A DNA stretch of 64,000 nt from Antechinus flavipes. Lineage: Eukaryota. Shown one piece after another: positions 10,425-21,230 of this stretch. Under the pieces are notes generated by a model, which was not told where the DNA came from, did not search any database, and saw nothing but the letters and a program-made list of their open reading frames with translations. Location: NCBI RefSeq assembly GCF_016432865.1, contig NC_067401.1:205592001-205656000 (forward strand). The letters run 5' to 3'. The position numbers and the translations under genes were made by a program. Positions within the stretch are counted from its first letter, which is position 1. Every line of letters begins with the position of its first letter.

Positions 10425-13400
10425 ATGGCAAAGCCCTGGCTGCTGCTTCTCCTGACCCTGGGAACCCCAGCTCTTCCCACAGGTGAGTCCCTCTCTCCCT
10501 GCTTGGTCTAGCCTTCTCTTTCCTGTCTTTCTGGGTTTTCCTCTGGCCTGATGCCCTCAGCATGGGTTGGGGATAGGAAATGGGACAACTGAACTCCTCT
10601 TCTAAGGTTCCTGTAGGAATCCTATAGGTCTCCTTTTTTCACTTAGTCTCTTTTCCTTGCCACCCTAGGTACCATGCTCTGCAGGAGAAGGCTCCCATGC
10701 TCTTGATCCTGAATACTAAAAGCAAACAGTTGAGAGTAGGGAGGTTTTAGATCCAGCCTGAAGTCACTCTATCATCTCTATCAATACCAGATTGATTGCC
10801 TATTACTTTTAAAACAAAAACCATCTTCTAAGCCTAGCATTCAAGGCTTTCAACTGTCTGGTCTTAACCTAACTTTCTTTATTTCACCTTTCTCCTTTTG
10901 ACACTATAATTCCAGCCAAACTGGACTACTATTCCCAATGTTCCTCCAAACTCCTCGTCTCTTCCTGCTCTGTGGGAAGTGAGTCTATTTGTGTCAGAAC
11001 ACATATACATAATACAAGAAAACAATAGAGACAAGGAAAAATTGAATTAGAGATGGTGTGATATAGATCCAAAAGTAAAAAGGAAGTCAACACAATGGAT
11101 AGAGGTCCATCACAGTCCAGGGGATTTGGGTTCAAATTTGACCTCAGATACTTACTAGTTGTGTGAACTTGGATGAGTCATTTAATACCACTTACCTCCA
11201 AAATTTTAATTAAAAAAAAAAAAGGGAGATCAGAGGAAAAAGAAATCAATATAGGCTAAAGTAATCTGGGAAGGCTTCATGGAAGGTGGTGGAGATAAAA
11301 TTAGTCTTGAATCTACAAATGGATAAGTGGTGAAGAATTCATAGACCTCTGTCTATGGCTTTATAAAACTGGAACCTAGAATATAAATGTCAAAGCACAG
11401 AATATAGAATATTGAGACTAGATGGGACCTTAGAACATGGAATGTGGGAGCACAGATTATTAAATGTAAGAACTGGGAAGAACTTTTGAGAGTATAGAGC
11501 CTGACTTTCCAAATTTAATAATAATAGTTAGCATTTTATTGAACTTAAAGATTTGCATAGGCCCTTAACTCATTTCTTTTGACCCTCACAAGAACTCTGC
11601 ACTATTATTATTATTCCCCTTTTACTAAGATTGAGAAAAGTTAAATGAATCACTGCTAATAAGTCTCTGAAATGGGACATGAACTCAGTCGGGTCTTTCA
11701 AGTCAATGCCATCTCACACATGTGTCCCTCTCCAGGTATGTGTACTGCTCCCTTCCCCTCCATGGCTCCCCCGCTCACCCAGGTGGTAGATGGGCAACAG
11801 AAGACGCTGGTGATCTGCTTGGTTCTTGACATCTCTCCTTCGTTTGCGGATGGTTCCATCTGGTTCTCATCTGGCAATGGCACCACCTTGGATGCCTTCA
11901 CTTATGGTCCCTCACCAGCTGGGGATGGTACCTGGAGCAGCCTGGCCCAGCTTTCCCTCCCTGCTGAGGAGCTGGCTTCCTGGGAGCCTCTGGTCTGCCA
12001 CACAGGGCCAGGCTGGCAGCCCCAGGGCCCAAGCACTCGTCCTCTTCAGCTATCTGGTATGGAAAACTAAGACCCTGTCTCGATGGAGCTTCTAGAGTTT
12101 AAGGCATTGTCAGATCCCTTATCTCCTGATACTTTCCCTCCTTTTGACCCCCTTCTTCCAAGAAACTCCACCGTCTGGGAAAGTGCCATTCTTCACTTTG
12201 GATAATTAGTTACAATTTCCAAGCTGAATGTATTTTAGATCAGCCAGAATTAATTTGCTATTTCACCTTAAGTCAGTTTTCTTCCGTGAACCTAATATGC
12301 CCCATCTGTCAGGTACAAAAAAATAATACCTAAAATGTCTTTTTCACAGAGCTGTTATCTTCATTAGACGACCTGTGAAAGTACTTGGGGAAAAAATTTT
12401 CAACACAGTATTATTGTGGGTGCAAGAGAGACTAAGGAAAATTCTTGAGAGAAAGGAGAACTGAGCAAGGGAATTCTCACTCACTGGGGTAATTTTGCCT
12501 CCAACAAACATTTATTATGTTTCAGGCCCCTCATCTATGGCATGTCTTACAGTGGCCTTGAGGAGCCAAAATGGCCTTGAGGCAATTTAATCTAGCTTCC
12601 CTTCCCCCATATTACAAATGAGAGAGCTGGGATATAGAAACGTTAAATAGTTTGTCTAAGGTCCCATGAATTTATGGAAGAGCAAAAATTTGAATCTAAG
12701 TTCTCTGACTCTAAATCCAAGGTACTTTCTCCAATATTATGCTCATGATACAAAGAAACATGGCAGAAGTCCCTGTCTATAAAGAGCTTAAAGATTAGCT
12801 GAATGCAAACTCTTTTTCTTTGGTTTTGGCAGGTGAGCCCAAGGCGGAAAAGTGCCAACAGGAGTTAACTACTGGTGAGTAATTGGATGGATGGTGAAAT
12901 CTGGAGGCCAGGCACCTGTGTCCTGTTGAAACTAAAGTGATTTGGGTGATAATAATCAGTCTCCTCATCAAAGGCAGTATGAGACTATGTTGACTCACTT
13001 GGTAACCCTGGGGTCAAGTACTGACCCCATCTGAGCTTCTTCACTTATCTCATCTGTATATAGTATTCCCTCTGGACACTCTCCTAACCTGACTTGAGGG
13101 CTGGCTGTCCAGAGATTGACTATTAACTAATTCAAGGTTCAAAAGAGTAATCTGTAGGGCTGCTCTATTACTAATATAACTAATGAATTTCAATCTGCAT
13201 GCTTCCCATCAATAGGCACTCAGTAGAAACAATTAACTCTTAGCAGAGGCCTTTATTCAGATTGAATATTAAGAATAGTACCTATGCAACATTTCCCATG
13301 TAGATCTGTAATACATTCTCCCTTAATCACACACAGGAACCTCAGGAAGAGTGAACTACATGAGTACACTGGTATTGAGGCACACTTAGGGGGGAGACAA

Positions 13401-14910
13401 CTTAAAATTCATGACACTTTGGGACCTGGAAATCCTTTTTCCTCTATAATTTTTTAGAGTTCTCAATGCTAGGCTCCCCAAATCTGATCTTCTCTATAGC
13501 CAGCTCTGTTCTCTGCTGCCAAAGAACCTTTTTCTTAGTTACTTTTCCCCTCTGTATCTATGTCTTTCTGGAGTGTGTGTCTTTGTTCCTTCAATTGTGC
13601 TTCATATTCTTCCAAACTGACCAACTTTTGACCTGCCAGATAAGCTATTTTCCTCTGAGCAAGTCACTATTAGATGCCATGACATTCCCTAATGGAGAGA
13701 AGAGGGAGGGATAGAGGACAGAGACCTGCATAGCACAGCCTCTTCACAAAATGTAACTGAACCTTGACTCCTTGGGAACTAAAGCTTTGTTCTTTAGCTC
13801 TTTAAAATCCCGCTTGTTCGATAAGGTTTGTCCCTTTAATTAATTCAAAGAAATATAGTTCGTATCCCAAAGGGAATATAGTATAGATACTTCTTTACCA
13901 GCTGCTTTAACACCTTGTAATTACATTCTGGGCGTTAGGAGTTAGGGTTGGATCAGAGAACAACTATCTTACATGTAAAATGGGAGGGAATCATTGATCA
14001 GAGTTTCTAAGCCTTCAAAGTCTTTGTTATTCAGTCATTTTTCAGTGGGGTCTACCTCTCTGTGACATCATTTGGAGTTTTCTTGGCAGAGATACTGCAG
14101 TAGTTTGCCACTTCCTTCTCCAGCTCCTTCTACAGATGGGGAAACTGAGATCAACAGGTTAAGTGACTTGCCAGGGTTACACAGCTAGTAAGTATATGAG
14201 GTTGGATTTGAACTCAGGGTCTTTCTAATTCTAGGCCTGGAACTCGGTCTCTATGCCACTTAATTGCTTGTCTTTACATGTTCTTATTAAATAAATTATT
14301 CTCCTGGTTCTACTCATTTCATTCTGTATCAATTTATACAAGTCTTCATAGATTTCTCTGAAACTGTCACTTTCATCTTTACAGCATAATAATATTCCAT
14401 TACATTCAACCAGTTCCAATATTGGGGTTATCCCATTCATTTATTGTTTTTTGCCACCAAAAAAAAGAGTTGCTTTAAATATTTTTGTATATTTCTTCTT
14501 TCTCAGAGCCTTTGGGTTCTGAGGATCACAACCACACACAGTAATGACCTTGGGGTTCATCCTAGGGGGATCAAGGATTTAATTCTTAGGATTACGGACC
14601 AACATGTAAAAATGGCTCTTTGTTGTATAGCTTAGTATTTGTATTGCTGGGTTAAAAGACATACACGGTTTAATCATTTGGGAAACATATTTCCCAAACT
14701 GCCTTGTCCCAGGCATCTCTTGACTTTTTGTTTCTTCCACCAGGACCACATGGTGTCTCTCAGACACTGATGCTAGGGGCCATTCGGCTGATCCTCTTCA
14801 AGCTGCTTATATTTGATGTGCTAATGACCTGCAGCCACCTTTGGGCTCTGAGGATCACAACCACACACAGTAATGATCTTGAGGTTCATCCTAAGGGATC
14901 AAGGATTTAA
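10425..14910 (+). CDS. PTCRA: Pre-T-cell receptor alpha chain, 195 aa
   Basis: Exons 10425-10482, 11736-12056, 12833-12874, 14744-14910, all phase-1 GT-AG. Leader MAKPWLLLLLTLGTPALPT. Ig domain PFPSMAPP...CLVLD...WFSSGNG...WEPLVCHTGPG. Connecting peptide with Cys (GEPKAEKC). TM LGAIRLILFKLLIFDVLMTCS with the conserved R and K. Confidence 0.97.
14295..14705 (-). mobile_element. Old antisense L1 ORF2-end fragment in PTCRA intron 3, interrupted by the 14509-14617 insert
   Basis: Both flanks of the insert (gttgctttaaatatttttgta... and ...gtattgctgggttaaaagacatacacggttt) align by eye to the reverse complement of L1 18420-18540. Confidence 0.7.
14509..14617 (+). repeat. Direct duplicate (copy A) of the PTCRA exon 4 cytoplasmic tail / proximal 3'UTR (copy B at 14838-14945)
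   Basis: 109 vs 108 bp, about 7 differences by manual alignment (~94% identity). Confidence 0.97.
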
Positions 14911-15865
14911 TTCTTAGGATTAAGGACCAACACGTAAAAATGGCTTTCTTCCTGCCTCCACTGTATGAAGATGTTAGTAGATCTTGATTGAACAAGAAAA
15001 GAATTTTGAGTCCTGTAGAGAGAGGCTGAAAGATGGGGATTCTGAGCATATGACTGCCCTATCTTTACCTTATGGGAATACAATGATAATATTTTCCGCA
15101 ATTCTTGGAATAACCTTCATTTCCAGCCACCAGACTACTCACTCCTTCTTGTAAAGTTCTATTCAGGATCAACATCCTCCATGAAACCTTCTTGAGTGAA
15201 ATTATAGGAGGTATTAAATGTTTCCCAACCTAATGAGCTCCTATATTTAGTTGTGTAAATGTATTCACTTTGACTACTTCTAGGCAGTCAAACCTGTAAT
15301 TTCTCTTACTTGAGAAGAAGCAATGTATGCCCCATCAGACTTCAAGGTTTCTGAGGTCAGGACCTAAGTCTTTTGCACTCCACTAGGAACACTCTCAAAC
15401 ATCAACTCTTAAGGAGTCCCCAGACACATATAGATGCATATAAAGTATACAAAATGGAATCAGGAGGTTAACCTCATACACAATGGAATATTGCATCCCT
15501 TGGGAGCTGTCAAGGAGTGAGAATGGAACTCAAAAAAATTCGGCAAGCCTTGACTCAGTGACAATGTTTTAAGATACTACCCCTGGCACTGGAGCAGGCA
15601 AGCAGAGCAGCCCAGGGATGGAGAAGAGGAGGCTTTGACATGGTACAAAGAGGATGTGACCAGAGTTGAGCAGGAGTTGCTCAAAATACAGGCAGAGTGC
15701 CCTACCCATTGTGCTGCTAGACAGAACTGGTGATTTCTACTCTCCCTTTCCATTCTCCCATTCTCTCAAGGGAGAGATGAACTTGCTTCTTAATTTGTTC
15801 TTCAGGATTTTGTATTGCTTTCCATTTTGCCATTTGTTTTGAAAAGAAAATCATTTCTCTGAGAT

Positions 15866-15871
15866 AATAAA
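15866..15871 (+). terminator. Likely PTCRA poly(A) signal
   Basis: First AATAAA seen after the stop codon, followed by a GT/T-rich tract (ggtttatatgtctgtgtcc). An ATTAAA at 15213 is an alternative. Confidence 0.5.
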
Positions 15872-18101
15872 TTCACTGAATTATTGGTTTATATGTCTGT
15901 GTCCTTGGGGTAAATGAAACCCAGAAGTAGCATTGGATGATGAGATATACAGGGAAAGGGATAGATCTTATTATGACTAGAAAATTTCTGGCAAAACTGG
16001 GGACAGAATGAATGAAAGAGGTTTTATTGATTTATATTTTTATACTTTCCCCCAAACAAAGGATCCAGACCAATACCTCGACACATATGAGTCAGCAATC
16101 CTAGTGAAGTGAGTTATATAATTGAGCTGAACTAACCTTTTTAAAGGATATAACCTCAAACACCTCATTCTTGTTTGGGCTTTTTAAAATTTTATTTTTT
16201 ACAGATTTGAAAGCAAAACCATTCTCCCAGGAGCAGAGTCGAAAGTCTTAACTAGAGAGAAATTTACCCTAGAAAGTCCTGGGAAAGAATGACAATACCC
16301 AAATAATGGTGGGAAGGGAGCAGTCCAAAGGGAATAACAAAGAGACAAACAAAAGAAAAACTGATATTATGCTTCTTTATTAACAGAGACTTGATCATTT
16401 AATATCAGACTTTTGCTAAATTACATAAGGAAAGTATATATTGTACCTCTCTTCTCAATAGTGAAAAGAACATTAAATTTGGAGCCGGAAGACCTTGGTT
16501 CAAACCCTTATACTATTATTTACATCCTGTCTGATCTTGGTCTAGCCCCTTAACCTTTGAAACTTGAATCCTTCATCTGTATTTTTAAAAGGAGGGAGGG
16601 GAGTGGGTTAGATGACCTCCAAGGTCCCTTCCAGTTCTAAATCTGTCATCAGATGTTTTCTACAAAGACTTCTTACAAGAGAGATTTCCCGAGCTGCTGG
16701 AATGAAAGGAAAAATATGAATGAGAGTCAGCACAGATAAAGGAGATATTTTTAAAAGCTGGTCTCTTTGACTAGCAGATCGGATCTCTAAAAGCCCCATC
16801 AGGCTCTGGAACTCTATGTTCTATGGCTTAGCTTGTATTAGGCAGAGGTGGAAAGTTCCAGATGAAGAATAGAGCCTAGAGAAGTGCTTTTGGGAAGCGT
16901 CAGAGAAAAGGGAGTAAGGAATCCTTGAGAGCTCAGTTTCCTCCTTTGTAAAATGATATTGGATTAGTAGATGGTCTGCTAGCTCTGGCACTGTGCAGAG
17001 AAAGGAGAAAAAATAGCAAGAAGGAATGTTGGAACAGAGGAACAGAGAATCGATCCCCCTGGATATTTTAAATGAGCATGGTACTGAGCCAAAGCCTTGT
17101 GTAGACTTGATGGGAAGTTTTCAAAGGAAGCTGATTGGGGAATGAGGTCATCCCATATTCAGCTGTGTTTCCCTTTAGGATGTCTCAATATTGAAATGCC
17201 AAATTAAGTTAACTATCCACTCTATGAAGGTTATTCACATTACCAAAGAGAATTGTTGAATTTACAATGGTCCAGAGTGTTCTAGTGCCTCTAAGTTAAC
17301 AACTGAGCAGTTAGGAAGGGAAAGGAAACCTTAAAGCCACAAAGCTGAAAACTACTCTTCACTAAAGAATATCAGACTTATGGCTGAAAACCTTGAGAGG
17401 TCAAATAGCCCAACTGCTTCTTTTTACAGCTGAGAAAGCAGAGGCCCAGAGAGGATTGAAGTGGCTTGTCCAGAATAACACAGATATAACAGAACTATGA
17501 TTTTATTCAGGCCCTTTTGATTACAAATACAGGCCTCTTTCTGCTGCACCATTACGATCTTATTAATCAGGATGAATGAATATATTCTCTAAGGCCAGAA
17601 TATAAGATTAGTGGTTGGGGAATGTGTATAAAGGGAGAGAAGTAGAGAGGAATATAACTTGACTTCAAAAAAATTCCTCTAAGCAGCATCAGGAGAACAT
17701 TGTAACAGAAATATTGTAACAATGACCAACTGGGAAAGATTTAGTTATTCTGAATCAACACAATGATCCACAATTCCAAAGGATTCATGACACTGTCTAC
17801 TTCCAGGGACAGAACTAGAAATCTAGGTGCGGGATGAAGCATATTTTCTTTTTCTTTATTTTTCTTGGTTTTTTCTTTTTCACAACATGGCTAATATGGA
17901 AACATGTTTTGCATGATTTTATATGTATAATGAGTATCATATCTTTTTCCTTCTCAATGGGTGGAAAGGGGCTAAAGGGAAGGTAGAAATTAAGAACTGA
18001 AAATAATTTTTTAATTAAAAAAAGAGAGGAAATTCTCATAACCTTGGGAACTCACTTCCTTCCTCATGTGAGGCATGGTTAAAAAGCAAAAGCAGTTCTC
18101 A

Positions 18102-19168
18102 ACTGACTCAAATTTATAAAAAAATCAAGCCATTCTCCAATTGATAAATGGTCAAAGGATATGAACAGACAATTTTCAGATGAAGAAATTGAAACTATTA
18201 CCACTCACATGAAAGAGTGTTCCAAATCACTATTGATCAGAGAAATGCAAATTAAGACAACTCTGAGATATCACTACACACCTGTCAGATTGGCTAAGAT
18301 GACAGGAAAAAATAATGATGAATGTTGGAGGGGATGCGGGAAAACGGGGACACTGATGCATTGTTGGTGGAGTTGTGAACGAATCCAGCCATTCTGGAGA
18401 GCGATCTGGAATTATGCCCAAAAAGTTATCAAACTGTGCATACCCTTTGATCCAGCAGTGTTTCTATTGGGCTTATACCCCAAAGAGATACTAAAAAAGG
18501 GAAGGGGACCTGTATGTGCCAAAATGTTTGTAGCAGCCCTGTTTGTAGTGGCTAGAAACTGGAAAATGAATGGATGCCCATCAATTGGAGAATGGCTGGG
18601 TAAATTGTGGTATATGAATGTTATGGAATATTATTGCTCTGTAAGGAATGACCAGCAGGATGAATACAGAGAGGCTTGGAGAGACCTACATGGACTGATG
18701 CTGAGTGAGATGAGCAGAACCAGGAGATCATTATACACTTCGACAACGATATTGTGTGAGGATGTATTCTGATGGAAGTGGATTTCTCTGACAAAGAGAC
18801 TTAACTGAGTTTCATTGGAGAAATGATGGACAGAAACAGCTACACCCAAAGAAGGAATACTGGGAAATGAATGTGAACTATTTGCATTTTTTATTTTCTT
18901 CCCGAGTTATTTTTACCTTCTGAATCCAATTCTCCCTGTGCAACAAGAGAACTGTTCGGTTCTGCAAATATGTATTGTATCTAGATATACTGCAACATAT
19001 TTAACATATCTAGGACTGCTTGCCATCCTGGGGGGGGGGGGAGGAGGGAGGGAGGGGAAAAAACGAAACATAAGTGATTGCAAGGGATAATGTCGTGTAA
19101 AAATTATCCTGGCATGGATTCTGTCAACACAAAGTTATTATTAAATAAAATAAAATTTAAAAAAAAAA
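18102..19168 (+). mobile_element. Young 5'-truncated L1 (open ORF2 C-terminus, 3'UTR, poly-A)
   Basis: 14-bp TSD AAAAGCAGTTCTCA at 18088-18101 and 19169-19182. Uninterrupted 203-aa ORF 18161-18772 with the CWRGCG...HCWW and PFD motifs of L1 ORF2. G-run in the 3'UTR and an A-tail. Confidence 0.97.
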
Positions 19169-19199
19169 AAAAGCAGTTCTCAGTTCTCCCTATCCTGAC

Positions 19200-19223
19200 A
19201 ATAATAATAATAATAATAATAAT
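19200..19223. repeat. (AAT)8 microsatellite
   Basis: Seen directly. Confidence 0.95.
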
Positions 19224-20119
19224 CACAGGTAACATTCTGATGGAATTGTAGAGTTTATAACCACTGTGAGAATAGAGAATACATGAGTCATTTTACAAAT
19301 GAGGAAACTGAAGCAAAAAGAGGTGAAGTGACTTGCCCCCAAATCCCACAGATAGTAAATAGAAGAGGCAGGATTTGGACCTGACTCTCTAAACTCCTGC
19401 TCCAATATTCTTACAGCACAAGGCAACCTCTCCTCACGCCTATTGTTATCAGGAAGACCAGATGGCCCAAGAACTTGTGAGGAAGGTGCTTATGGGGATT
19501 CTGGGTGTTCAGCTTCACATCAGAGAGTAGGAGGGATAACTGAAAAGAGATGGAGACTAGGCTTGAATCATTGAGTTCCCTTAGTAACAACAAGAATGAT
19601 AGAAAAAAAATTTGGAGGAGTCTCTATTCTCCTTGTAAAGGTTCATCAGCAGAAAAGGGATTAATAGCTGCTTTCAAGACAAAAAAGATAATTTTTTTCT
19701 TTTAATTAATTTTTTCTCAATTACATGTAAAGGCAATTTTAAAAATAAGAGCTTTCTATTTTTTTCAAAAAGCAAAGATAGTTTTCAACATCTATCCTTG
19801 CAAAACCTAGTGTTCCAATTTTTTCTCCCTTCCTCTCTACCTCCTTAGACAGCAAATAATCCAAAATAGGTTACACATGTGCAATTATTCTAAACATATT
19901 TCCACATATATCATGCTGTGCAAGAAAAATCAGATCAAAAGGGCCAAGAAAAATGAGAAAGAAAGAAAAAACAAGCAAACAAAATATTATGTTTGTGATC
20001 CACATTCAGTCTCCAAAGTCCTCTCTCTGGAGACAGATAATTCTTTCCCTCTCAAGTCTATTGGAATTGCTGTAAAGACAATTTTTTAACATTTTAAAAC
20101 ATTTTTAAGTTCTTATAAC

Positions 20120-21230
20120 CAAAAGGCTATAAAGCTGTGCATATCCTTTGTCCAGCAATGCCACTGTTAGGTCTGTATCACAAAGAGATTTTTTTTTTTT
20201 TAAAGAAAAAGACTATTTGCATAAAAATCTTTATAGCAGCTCTTTTTTTGTGGTAGTTAAGAATTAGAAATTGAGGGGATGCCTATCAAATGGGAAATGA
20301 TTAAATAAGCTATGGTATGTGATTATAATAGAATATTATTGTGCTATAAGAAATGTCAAGCAAACACCCAGAGAAAGAACTCTGAGAGATGACTATGAAC
20401 CACTCCCTCTATTTTTGTCCATCTGCATTTTTTATTTTCTTCACAGGCTAATTGTACACTATTTCAAAGTCCGACTTTTTTTATACAGCAAATTAACTGT
20501 TTGGACATGTATATTGTATGTAACTTATACTTTAACATATTTAACATATATTGGTCAACCTGCCATCTGGGGGAGGGGGAGAAGGGAAGGAGGGGGAAAG
20601 TTGTAACAAAATGATTTGCAACTGTCAATGCTGAAAAATTATCTATGCATATATCTTGTAAATAAAAAGCTACAATAATTTTTAAAAATGAAATGTTACA
20701 AAGAAAAAATAAAGACCTAGTGGGTATGAAAAAAAAAAAAAAAGAAATGTCAAGCAAGATGATTTCAGAAAAACCCGAAAAGATGTATATGAACTATATA
20801 AAGTGAGCAGATCCAAGAGAACATTATACACAATAACAGCAATCTTGTATAGTGAATAGTGAACGACTAGACTATTCTCAGCAAAACAATGATCCAAGAC
20901 AATCCCAAAGGACTCATGATGAAAAATGCTATCTGCCTTCAGAAAAAGAAATAATATTGTCTGAACACAGTCTGAACCCAGAACACAGAAACATACTATT
21001 TTCCTTTCTTCCATTTTTCCTTCCTCATTTTTTTTCTTTTCTTCTTCCCTCCTCTTTTCCCTCCTTCCTTCCTTCCTTTTTTTCATCTTCTTGCACAAAA
21101 TGACTAATATGGTAATGTTTTACATGATTGCTCATATAATTTAGAATTTAAAACTTAAAAAAAAAGGATGTTAAAAAATTTTATATATAATTGGGGGAAA
21201 CAAAATATTTTTAAATATTAAATTTTGAGT
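20120..21230 (+). mobile_element. Older L1 3' region hosting a nested L1 insertion
   Basis: ORF2-end-like sequence from 20120-20363 resumes at 20742 after the nested element. Confidence 0.65.
20364..20741 (+). mobile_element. Nested L1 3' fragment with poly-A tail and probable 3' transduction
   Basis: Perfect 16-bp TSD AAGAAATGTCAAGCAA at 20348-20363 and 20742-20757; A-tail just before the second copy. Confidence 0.85.

Noticed and set aside
13150-13925. Possible second LTR in PTCRA intron 3
   Set aside because: No matching TSD or inverted termini could be found.
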